From Raillietiella orientalis (taxonomy: Eukaryota), in the NCBI GenBank assembly GCA_036172245.1, contig JAYWIR010000008.1:4278001-4342000 (forward strand): DNA of 64,000 nucleotides, read 5' to 3'. Every line of letters starts with the position of its first letter. Within the stretch, counting starts at the first letter, position 1. A program made the translations under genes and the position numbers. The notes under the pieces are model-generated. The model saw only the letters and a list, made by a program, of their open reading frames with translations, ran no database searches and was not told where the DNA came from. Shown one piece after another: positions 35,001-47,000 of the stretch.

Positions 35001-38000
35001 AACGCTAAACGGTTCACAAGAGCACTGGCACCCTCGATCCATCAATTTTGGGGATAAAAAAGATCCCTCCTTCCAGAATCAAACAGTCAGAATCGCCCGC
35101 TTCTTTGGTTCTGACTCTCTCTTGAGGAGAAACGGGGAGATAGAGGGTCGCACCCGCGATATGTCACGCACCCTTCTTGGAAGACGCCAACACTTCCGAA
35201 GGAAAGAAGGGTGGTCTCTGGTGGCTGTTTCCTACTGTTTGACGTCATTCCGGTCGCTTGTTGTTTACTGAAGATCTGCCGCTTCCGCATTTCCGTTTCT
35301 GCCCGAGGGGCTTGCGATGACCCACTTCCGAGGGTTTTCTACGCGGGACATGAGCGATTCATATCCACATTGCATGTGGCCGCGGTCACCCACGTGGCAT
35401 CGAGCGTTGAGGTTCGAACCCCACCAGGGAAGGTCGACTCTGAGAACAGGGAGAGAGTCGTGGATTTCGAGTCCCCCCTGTGGGATGACGTCGGTTGGCC
35501 CACGGGCTTCGGGAGTGGCGCCAGTGGAAGCCGGAAATTCTAGATGTTCCCGTTGACTACCCGGGACCGGAAGTTGACCCTCCGGCAGATTGTCAGATTT
35601 TCATTCTGAAGCGGACCTTTCTATCCGGAGTGTTCGCAGCTGGTCAGTCATTCATCGGGAGAAGAAAGCTAGCAACGGATCGTCCCTCTTCTGTTTCCTT
35701 TCTGGTGGGAAGAACGCGAACAGCAGCGGTTCAGTTTCGAAGCAACCCAGGATGGAGCGAATCTGACAACCAGGAAAGTTTATCCTTGCGCTCGTTCTGG
35801 AAAATTCCCCCCCCCCGGACCATCTCTCGACAGCCCCTTCGCCTCGTCGGTTCGCCGGGAGTGGCATCTCTCTAAGGCTCCCGAGGTCCGCTCTCCGGTA
35901 GAGGCCGAGACCGCGTGGGTTGGGAGTCGTCGATCGGCTGCACGGAGGACGACATGCTGTCCCGCAGCTCCGGGGACCCTGAGCAGAAAGGACGAGCCTC
36001 TGACCGTTTCGGGAACCGAAGGACGGAGAGGACGTCTTCGGAAGAGTGAGAGGATGCTGATCTCGGCCTCGGGCATGGTCCAAACCTTCCGTCGGCACTG
36101 ATTCTTCCGAATCCTTCTCCCGCGTTGGCTGCCGTGTGGCTGCGGTCTCCGCACGTGGCACCAAGCGTTAAGGGTACGAATCCCACCCGGGGAAGGATCG
36201 ACGCTAGGGAAATGGGTGGGCGCGTCTTGGGTTTCCAGTCTCCCCCACAGGATGACGCTGGTTTGGCCTATTTGGGTGGGATTATTCGGGACGGATATTC
36301 CCGTTGACTAGCAGGGACCCTCTCCGGGGCCCTTCAGGAAATCTAGGACCAGATTCCTTCCGGGGTTCCTCTCCGGCTGTGAACGTGGGCGACATTGCTG
36401 GTGCTCCTCGCGCAGGCCCGAAGGCTACCCGAAATCCAGAGGTCGTGGACCTCGATCACGCTTGCCTACTCCGCTCGTCCGTCTCTTCTTGGAGCGGACG
36501 CAGGACTCATCTGCCGTCCGGACCAGTCCCGGCTGCTCCCCTCTCCGGAGAAGATCGGAACTTTCGAGAGTTTGCCAACTTCCCATCTGAAGATGGCGTG
36601 GGAGGGCTGAGCGTAGTCGCTTCCGCGAACCGTGCAGGTAGCTGCAGGGGCACTGGCGACCACGGCAGCAGCCTCCCCTTCCCCCTGCTTCAGGTACGGG
36701 GAGCAGATGTGTCCCAATCTTTCTCATGGAAAGAGATCCTACAGGTAGTTCCGGTAGTCCATCCGCAGCACGAGTGGCAAGGGATGAGCTCTAGGAGGGA
36801 GAAGGGAATAAGAAAAATAGAGAAACAGGAGCTGCTCGAGACTTTCCGAGGGGGAAGATAGAAGCACAGATAGAAGACCAGAGGGAATTGCTAGATGAGT
36901 TTTTCCCGGGACGACTATATGCTGTTGCGCAGACCACCCCAATGTTGACAGCGTCCCGGGATACTGCTGTCATGACGCTGCCACGGGGCCTGGAGGATTC
37001 GCGGGAATGTTCTCCGTTTTGGGCTGGTTTCGGGCGGAAACCCCGAGTTAGAGGGCCGCGTCCCCTATTCTACCCTCAAGGCTCCTCCTCTTTAGTCTCC
37101 TTTCCTCGCTTTCGTCACTTTCGAAGGTTTCCTCCGGGGTTCGAACCTTTGCACCTCCCAGACGCCACCAGGTATATTGGCTGCTGTCCACCAAGTGGAC
37201 TCTAGGAGTGGATGGATAAAGGCATCATCCTCTTCCCCGCGGACCAGCGAAGGATTTTTCCGGACCGTCGCTCCTGGTGAGCGTTCCACATGGGAACTGA
37301 ACTTTCTCTTGAGAAGGAGAGCCTCATCTCGTTCACGTTGGTCGCCCGACCACATTTTCATCCCTTCTTCCTGCTCGGTTCCCACTCTTCCTCTCAGGAC
37401 CGTTTCCAATACCGGTCTTCCTCCCTTTTCCTGGATGCTTCCTAATGCGAGCGAGCTTTCCGACCGTCTTCTGGCAGCGAGAGGCAGTGGCAAGGAACGG
37501 GTGCTCCCGAGGGGAAGGTGGAGATAGCCGCACTCACTCGGCTCCCACAAGGTGGCAGGCGCGAGCGAAGGGATCGTCCGCGGCTCGCGCCCTCTGCTGG
37601 AGCGATGCTCGCGCGCCCACCAGCATGAGAGCTCATTGACCCGAAGCAGTCGGATCCTGACCTATCGTGACCCTTCCAGCTGCCTCTTTGCGCCGCTTCC
37701 CTGCTGACGGTGTCACCCCTTGGAGCTCTCGAGGGAGTGGCAGTTCACTGTCTTGGGTGGAGGCCGGCCGACGCAGCGCGTCCGGGCAGCCCTCTCCGGA
37801 AAAGGGTGGAGGAGGAGCCAGTAGATTCGGAAGGGCGCGCGCCTACGAGGTCGCTGCCCGTGAAGGGTTCCTCGGGGCAAGGGAGGATTCCGTAGCGAGA
37901 TCTCCTTCCCTGCTGGGAAAATCGGTCCACTGAACCAACCGACCGGCGTCAACGCCCATCTTCTCCACTTCGCCAGGGGGAGCCTGGACGATGCACGCCT

Positions 38001-41000
38001 TTCCCTCCACCCACCCAAACGGGAAGCGGACGACGCTCTGCCAGGGGGCGTTGGAATTCTCTCGAACGCATTGTGAGCACGCTAAAACGATGATGACTTC
38101 CAAAATCGTTGCGGAGGCGTGGAGAAACACCATGGCAACAGAGCACTGATCACGGAAACAATGGGATCAACCAGCGGGGTCATCACAAGGAGTTTCCATG
38201 GAGACGTCTCAGGAGAGGAGCGAGAAAAAAAGCAAGGCAGTCTAGAAACGGGAGCGTACACCGCGCATTGTACACGGAGAGTGTGCGGGACTTGTGCATG
38301 GACTCGCAGCGGCACGGCGAGCAGGGATTCGCGGCACGCGAGTCATGAGATGACACGCGGCGTGTAATGTGTAAGCCACTTCACGTGACATCACGAGCAG
38401 CGATGCATGATGCAGCCAGAAAGGGACCAGGAAGAGGACGTATGGTCAAGCCTCCAGCAGCAGGTACAGGATGGACCGAAAAACTGAGGAGCAGTCCAGC
38501 GAGGGTTCCCAATGGTCCTCAGGGAGTCCGAAACCCGGAGGAAGGGTAATGGAGAAGACCCTTCTCGGAGTGAGCCTGCCCAGCCCGTCTCTCTCTCCTT
38601 GGCGTAGTCGCTAGGCGAGCCGTCTGAGTGCTGCCAGTCGCTTTTGTGACTGTCCATGCTCCCCCCTTCGGTTGTATCCGCAGGCCAAGGGAGTGCACTG
38701 ACTGGCAATCCTAGATCGTCTCCCCCCTTTCGCGTCGTCAGGAGACCCGGATTTCCGTGGACGCGGACCCACCGCCCTGCCTTCTCCAGCGCACGACCTG
38801 CCGCCTCTTCCGGTCGTCCTGACGGCGATCGCGGCAGCTCCGACTCCGCTCCTCCCCACACGAGGTCAACGCGGTCGCGGCTTTACCTTGGTGACGTGTC
38901 GCTGAGGCGGAACCCGCGAAAGATGGCAGAAGCCGCTTGCGTGGAGGGCCGTCTGCCCTCTGGAGAAACCTGCGGATCCCAGTCGAGTGATCGGCTCCTT
39001 CCAGAGGTCCTAGAAGCGCGCAGGTCTTGGGAAGAGGTTTCTTCGTACTCTTTCCTAGCCAGAAGTCCGCTGAATCACCCCTCCGCGTTCTCACGAGGTC
39101 ACCAGACCTCGGGACCGCGGGAGAGCAACGTGAATATGGAGGGAGAGGCAGTTGACCCTTCTCCGTGAAGTCGGACCAGCCTCGAGGTCAGCCTTCTAGA
39201 TCGCACGTTCCTTCAGGGTCGCATCTACCCCTTCGGAGTGCACGGGGAGGAGATGCTTTCTCAGTTACTTCCGGGTTCACTTCCTTCGACGCGGTCATGC
39301 AGTCAGGACCTCTCAGGGCACATCGAGTCGCTTCGACGCTGCAGAGTCCCGATGATTCGGCGGAGCGACCTCCAGGAAGCCCAGGCACGAGCGACGGAGG
39401 TCCTGCAGCTCCACCCACTAGCGCCTCTTCACTGTCCCCCTGTTCTCCCCTTCTTCTTATCCCCACTCTCCTTATTTTTCCTTCCCATCTGGAACAGTGT
39501 CTTCAGGAGTGCGTATTGCCACGGAGACATGGTGGCTTTCGGCCCTCGGGGGAGGGGGATGGAGGGTCTGGAAGCAGTGAGTCTCGGACGCAGCGCAACC
39601 GTGGCAGCCGCAAGGGGCTTCCCGACGCCTTCCTGAGGAGATGGGGCTCGAGATGAGAGGAGTCTCGAAACATGAGGATGCAACTAATCCTGGAATGACA
39701 CCTTGACGCCTTGGATTCCTGGTCGCCAAGGGGCATTGTCCGTCTCCTCCGATGCCTCTCCTACCCTGCTTCTCTTCACTCCTTCGCCTTTTATCTCCGC
39801 ACCCCCCATCCCCGTCATGCGGTTCTCCCTGCACGGCATCTGGCTCACCGGCTGCTGGTGGCATGGCGACGCTCGAGACGCTGTGGTTCTTCAGAGGGGG
39901 AAGAAGGAGGAGACGCGAGTCCCGTATCCTCCTCAGACTAAGGAACCTGCCTGCGCGCTCTCTTAGTCCTCGTTACCAAGTCCTAAGCCGCTCGTCCTCC
40001 GTCTCCCTCCGCGGGGGTCTTATACCTCTCTTCCGGGTTTTCGGAGGGTTCCCGCCTCTCCTTCGCCTCCATAGAAGTGTCGAGCGCGCGACCTTGCGAT
40101 GTCCTCTGAACCAGCCTTCGAGAGCTACATCCCCCCGCAGATGCTGTTGCCAACTGCGCGCGCGCTCCAGGACCTCTTGCCGGAGCGACTCTTTCTCAGC
40201 TCAACTCGAGCGTCGCTTCTCCGTCCGCCCACCAAGGATGGGCTTTTCCATCTCGATAGGCCGAAAGGGAGCCGGAAAGGAGTTTCTCCTCCTCTTACGG
40301 TATCCCGGTCCGCGCTTCCGGACTCCAGGATGTTTCCGGCAAAGGATCGGGACACGGCTGGGATCCGCGGATAGGGAATTCGGGAATGGACGAGAACTTC
40401 GAGAACCCGTGGGGACGCTTTCTCTCGTTTCAGGGAGGAAGTACAAGCGGTCCTCGAGTCTGGAGCTGGAAGGGGAGATCGTCTTTCTGGACGACGGTCC
40501 GGAGGACCAGAGGCGCCCGGAGGAGATGAAGATGCAACTAGAGATCAACGAGCAGGTGAGAGGGAAAGGCCGCTTTCTCCCTCTTCCTCCTTCTTTCTCT
40601 CCCCCAGGAGTTCCTGGTACTGAGGAAAAAGATGGAGCACCTGGAGATCGAGAATGACAACTTCCTGAAGGAGATCAAGGAGATGCGAGCGCAGGCGGAG
40701 GCCGCCCTGAGCAATGTGGCAGGGGTCCCAGGAGCGTCCTCTTTGGGCGGAGCTTACGTCGCCAGCGGCGACGGAGAAGGCTCCGCGGTTGCGAACGGAC
40801 TCAGAGTCGGTCCCTGCTCCCGTGACAACGACGGCGGACTCCACCCGAGTCTCCGAGCGCGTCCAGGTGCGGAAGGCGAGAGGACCCTCCCCGGCCAGAG
40901 GTACGCCTCGGAACCTCCCATCCCCACCCTCTCCTCACCCTCTCCTCACCCTCTCCCCACCGCAGTCCTCCAGAAACGAAGGCCGATCAAGGCCGTCCTG

Positions 41001-44000
41001 GACAGACCGAAACTCAAGGACCGGACGGGAAAGAGGATCCTCTCTTCCTGACCTCCGGGAAGAAAGAGGGGAAGGGGAGAGGTTGGTCCTGGATTTCCTG
41101 TTGAGGCTTCCGATGGGAGTTGTATCTAAAGGAACCGACCAGGAAAGGCAAGGGAGAGAGGGATCTCTGTAAAGGGAAGGAGGCATTTCTGCCCCCCCTT
41201 CTCCCCACTTGTTCTCCATACAGTCTGACGGATGGGGATGGGGGAGGGAGAGATGGGTGTAGGAGACGCGCTAAAGCTTCCTCCCACGTTTTTTTCTCTT
41301 CTTTTCCAGCAAGCCGGTCGCCAGGAAACCACCCGGGCGTGACGTCCGGAAAGAAACCTTGGAAGGGGCTGGCCCCTCAGAAGCTGTAAGTCCGGACCGG
41401 ATTCCTCCTGAGAGCGCGTCCCTCAACTACCGGGTAGAGGAGTGGGGATGCTGCTGCGGAGCCGCGGAGGTCCTTGTCGACGCTTTCCAGCAAGGCCGTC
41501 CAGACAGAAGGACTGACGCTGGAGGAATCATTCTCGACGTCCGCGGGAGGTCGCTACGGTAAGGAGGAAGGCAGGTGGGTGCCATTACAGAGGGGGAAGA
41601 CAGGATCAGTCGGGAGCAGATGGGGGTGACGAGGAGGGAGTGTCACCCTGCTTGTCTCCCTGCTTCCGGCAGTCAGGAATCCGAGGTGGCGTTAGGGTAG
41701 AAAGGTTGCGCGCCGACACCGGCACGGAGTGTTGATTCGGGTGCCGCCGAGGATATTCCCTTCTCCCCCTCCTCCACATGCACGCTCTGCTTCCCTCCAG
41801 CTGTCCCGAGCCTCTATCTTTTCCTCCGAGTCGCCCTGCCCGCAGCGGTTTCCGCCTTGGTGCTGAAGAGGATCCGAGTGTCCCGGAAGAAGTGGGTCGA
41901 AAAAGGGAAGGGAAAGGCAAGAGTCCCCTCTATTTCGAGAGGCCCTTTGGATCTCCGGAGAACATTCAATGGGAGCGGAGCCGATTGCAGGCGTCGCCCC
42001 TGGGTGTCCCGCAAGCCGCAGTCCCAGCCACGGCAGCCTGCACGCAAAAAGGGGAGGAAGGCAGAAGTGTGGTATGGAGATGTTTGGGAGAAGGAACCAG
42101 TGCGCTGGAGGGAGGAGGGTCTCCAGAGACCAGACTCAGCAAGGCAGTTTTTCTACAGGAAATCCATCAGTTTCGAGGAGCGGGGCAGGTGGAGTCCCTC
42201 TTTCGGGAGACGCTATAGATGCCCCCTACCGGGCGAGAGAAGGATCTACCAGAAGTTGAATATGCTGCATACTCACTCGCGCCTTGGCTGCGCTCTCCCT
42301 CCTAAGATTCAGAAGTGACGGATGCTGGACTGGACCCTCCTTTTCAGAGGACGATTGCATGGCAGCAGGAAAGGGACAGAACGTTGCAAGAACGCTCCAG
42401 TGGACAGAAGAGGACGAAGGATGGGGCACGACGAAGTGAGTTATTCCCTTGGGACGGAGAGAGATCAGAGAAGACGAGGGGCAGCGGGAGGGCTGAGAGA
42501 CCCGACTCATGGGAACCGCGCGAGCGGTACCTAAAATCCTTTCCGGTGGAAGGCAATGTCTCTTCTCCGCGGGATGCCTCCGTCTCTGCTCCGTGGAGTT
42601 CATTGAGAGCTGTTTCGTCATCACACTGGCAAGAGCGAACTGTGGCAGGCCACTGTGATCTGCCCACGCCACAGGGAAAAGTCGGACGCCCGTGCCTTCA
42701 AACTGAACGCACAGAGAAGGCGCGCCGCAGCACCTCCTCGTCCTGGCGCCGGAACCTTTGGTCAGCTCCGAAGCATAGCGCACAGAACTGCTCGGAACCA
42801 TGTTAAGGGGGGGTGCGCTTTGTGAGAGAAGCACCGCCAGATCAAGCGTGCAACAACCATGGTGAATCTCTGCGTAGAAGAAGAAGCACCGCGTTCTGAG
42901 GTTTCTTTCGAGTATCTGTCGATGAGGAACGTTTGGACGGCCCTTCCGAACTCCGAGGATCTCCTTGTCGGAACAATATCCTGAGTTTTGGCTTCGGTAC
43001 TCCGGCTGCATAGAGGACTTCTGACTGCTGTGCAGCTCGTGGCACATCATTACAATGATCACAGCGGTTTGCCGTATGTCGTTTATGGTGAATGGAGGAC
43101 GTGGTGATGATACACCACGTATATGGACGTTTGGAAACATATGCAAGAGTCATATCACTATTTACTATACTCTTCTGCCTGTTCGCGCGCGTTCTCCCTG
43201 TTCCGCCATCTCGTAAGACCTGCAGATCTCCGATCTCCGTCTCTCGGAAATTTTGCGCCTTCCTTCCTTTCTCTTCCTTTCCGCTTTCGCGTCATCTTCT
43301 AGAAGGAAGGCTTTATCTTCCCTGACCTCATCTCTCCATCCTCAGCATCACCGGAGGATGGCTTTAGGTGGAGGCGCTCATTCTCGCCTCGTCTCTGTGC
43401 GGTTCTCGGAACACATGGGTCCTCGAACCTCACAATCGCCATTATCATCCCCTCTCCTGTCCTCCTGCCTCGCTCTTTTCCGATTCAACCCCCCTCAACT
43501 GCGCTTTTCCATGCGTCCGTACATGACCATCCACTCTCGAGATCATACCCGAAGGTCACTCCAGGGAGGCGCAGGTCTCCAGGCGCAAGCCCTGAGAGAG
43601 CTTTCAAGAGCGAGAGGGATTTCTCCCCGCCCACGTTGAAGCGCGGGCACCAGCTTGACCGTCTATTGGACTCAACCTGCACGACTCTGGTTCGCGAGGG
43701 GCTTGGTACAAGCTGTCTGACCACCTCTGAATGGCAGATGATCCCTGCTTGGAAGTAGTCTCGCTTAAGGTAGAGATACATCGTCCTTCTCGGGTTATCC
43801 TCAAAGGATTCTCAAGGGGCGGGACCAAGGTGGCAGATATCTTGGCCACTGTGGAGACAGCAGGCACTCGATTCTCTCTGCCTCCAAAGATTCAACTAGG
43901 AAACGAAAGTCAAAAAAAAAAAACACGCCTCACAGTAACCGTACTTCCGACTTCCCATTCCTTTCGCTCTTCGTGTCGGCGTACCTATTCTACTTACCTT

Positions 44001-47000
44001 TTTGGCTATGAAGCCTCCTCCTCGGATGCAGAGCCAGAAACCTCTCCTTTCTCTTTCTTCGGGAACCTAGGCACACCCTGCTGTTCTTTCACATCATAAA
44101 CACTCGTAAGTGAAAAGGGAAACCTCCCTCCACCCGAAGTGGCCAACGGCAAATTTTAGCGCCCGATCCGATATAAGAGAAGCTGCTCCAGGGTTTCCAT
44201 GACAGCGAGGTGCCGGTGCATCCCCACCTCTAGAGAGGAAAGGATCAGATACGGTGATCGAAAGAGCTGCGATTTGCCTCAAGGGCGTGGCGCTCGCGTC
44301 GGAGGTCCGAGCAGCCTTGAATGCAGATGGCGGGTGGTACGGTGGTACGAACCCTTCCGCTAATTCGGAAGTGTGGAGGGGTCTCAGAACAATGGTACCG
44401 GGCCCTTCTTCAGGTCTTCCGAGGGTACCCACGCCCAGACAGCGTCTGACTGGAAGGCCCAAAAGTCTAGATGGCTGCTGAAACTGTGCGGTCGATCGGC
44501 GCTCCCCTGGGAGCATGCAGGAAGAGTCCTTACGGGAATCCACCTGGATCCTGAGATGCTGGCGAGGAGGACACTGCAGCGCTTCCTTTGACAGAAGGAG
44601 GGACGATATCCCTTGGCGACACGGGGCATGTTGGTCCTTGCCTCTGCCTTGCTGTCAATGTCCACCCCCCCTTATGAAGGGCACGCCTGGATCTCATCTC
44701 CGGAGGTCAAAGGGCGAGTCAAGGAGGTGGACGTACCTTAGGATTCAGGCGTAGGGTACGATTGGAGGACGTGTACGAAGGCGGTTGCGGCAGGCTTGCC
44801 TCCTCTTTCGCAGCTTGTGCACGCGGACGGACGCACCCTCTTGCCTGTCTAGCCGGCGTCTCATGCATCTCCGGAGGTCATGGGCGAGTTGTTTTCTCCT
44901 GATCTTCCCTTGACCTCTGATCCGTGGGTGCGTTTCCGGACGGCGGAAAGAGGAGGGCGACGAAGGAGAGATGGCTGCCGCCCACCGACTCTTTGTTTTC
45001 CGGAAAGGCGCGCGTGAGAGCTTCGAGAGGAGGAGGAGGATGGTTGCCATGAGACAGTAGGCGGTCTTCTGCTGACGATTTCTGCTGAAGGCACGCGGTG
45101 ATCCTTCGCGATCTTTGGATCAAGGGCTGCAGGCAGTGGACGTGACTGGGGTTTCTTCCATAGAAAGGTGCAGGAGAGGGGGTAGGGGAAAATCAAAAGG
45201 AGGGTCAACAGAGAAGGAAAGGAGTGGAAAGGAGGAGGAGGAAAGAGGGCGCGAGTTTTTTCCGGGAGCGCCAACACTTCCCTGTCTTGAGCCCGAGGAT
45301 CGAAATGCTCTTCCTCGGCCGCTCATCTCAGCCCCAAGATGAAGCGAGCGGAACGTCCCAGTCATCTTCCACGTCTCCTCTCCCAGCCGCTCCTCCTCCT
45401 CTTCCACCGTTTGCTCGTTTTCTGCACGATGTCTTCCATCTCCTTGCCCGCTGAGACCCGCACGCACCTTCGACTCTCCCCTGCAGCTCGTTCCGGAGCA
45501 GGAACCATGTCAATCTCTGGGACGAGACCATCCCGCGCGGCTTCCTCTCAGCGTGTCTGGAAGACCGATGATTCTCTTACGACCGCGGGATTCCTCGCCT
45601 TTCCGCGAGGGAGGGGAAGGGATTACAGGGGAGGGAAGGCAGAAGAGGCTTCCTTCGCCTTACATCTCTTCTTCCCTGTGCTCCATCCAGCATCTCTTGC
45701 GATGACACGCGCACATTCTCCTCCCTCTCATTTTGTGCTACTCCAGGGACAGAGGAAGCTGCTAAGGTTGCAGGAGCGGTCTGCAGAAGCGGCGGAGTCC
45801 TGGCAGCGAACCGGGACAGAGGGCAGCAGCAGCCTCCTCACCGGAAGATAGGCGGGCCGCTGCCTCGCCAGGTGAGCTCAAGGAGCCTGGGAGGGAGCTA
45901 CCTTCTCCCCTTTTCCTTCCCTCTCGCGGTTCGTCTCACGCGGGCGGGGGCGAGACAGCTGCCGCCCCCAGTTTTTTTCGGATAAATCGACGCGCAGATT
46001 TCTCCATGCCATCCCCTTTTTCTTCCCCTTCCCTCCTTTTTTCCGGTAAAAAATGGCGACTGTCGAACTTGGGAACGTCACCGTGGGCAAAGCTGGAGCT
46101 TCGGTCTGGGGCAAGATCTCAGAGAGGAAGGAAGGATGCTTCAAACCCTTTCCTTCCCCTTCCCCTTCTCCTTCTCTATTCCAAAGGAAAGGATTCATAT
46201 GGGGATGGTCATGTGAGGGACTTATTAAGCGCCGCCACCGGGCACCGATGGCTCCCTGACATCCCACTCATCCACCTCCAGGAGCTCTTGGAGGGAAAAC
46301 GCGGCTGCTCCTGCAGATCGGAGAAGTCTTGCTCTTCCTCTAGCTAGATAGGATAGTAAAGGGGAGGAAGTAAATCAAGCACTTTCTCCGTACAGGGTGT
46401 TCCTCCCCTTCCGCCATCGCTCTCCAGCAGCTTCTGCCTCCCGCTCAGGGCGTTGGTGTTAGCGTCCTGTTTGCTCCTTCTTCTCTGCGCATCCCTCCTC
46501 TTCCGCTTCCTTTCCTGAACGAAGACGAAATCCCTCCGGCTTCCGGGATTCCCCGACGATCTCCCTTTAATCTCCTGCTCTCCCCCAGGGGACCAAAGAA
46601 CAGGAGCGCGCTCACTGCCGCTCACCACTTTTGCCTGCTCTGAGGGGAGCCTGACCTGTGGACTCCCCCCCCCCCTCACTCTCGTCTCGAGAACTGGAAG
46701 AAAGGTGGAGAAGTGACATCCCAGTCTGATTTTCAGGCTCCAGCGGTCGTGGAAGGAGGCAGCGAGGCGGAGGGCCATGGATCCAGGCAACCCTTTTCCT
46801 CCGAAGAGCGGCAAGCAGGCAAAGTCAGCAGGACTTCAGTGTTGGAAGCCGAGATCAGGAAGTTGTCTGAGGAAGGAGAGGCCCTGAGAAAAAAGACAAA
46901 CGGTAGGGAAGGGGAGGTATTGAGGAAGGAGTGGAAGGGAGGAGCATTATCCGCTCCTCCTTTCCTCTCCCCTGGATCCCGGCTCGAGCGTGCTCTTCCC

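Noticed and set aside
36904..36961. 10-bp stem (tcccgggacg / cgtcccggga) with a 38-nt loop
   Set aside because: Short, GC-rich and partly self-palindromic; plausible by chance in 64 kb.
37130..37200. Additional B-box (GGTTCGAACCCC on minus) suggesting another SINE head
   Set aside because: Downstream sequence does not align convincingly to the family core.
41020..41045. Possible non-canonical GA donor after a VLQKRRPIKAVLDRPKLKDRTG reading
   Set aside because: A fully canonical GT-AG solution exists (40974-41081), so a GA donor is unnecessary without transcript data.
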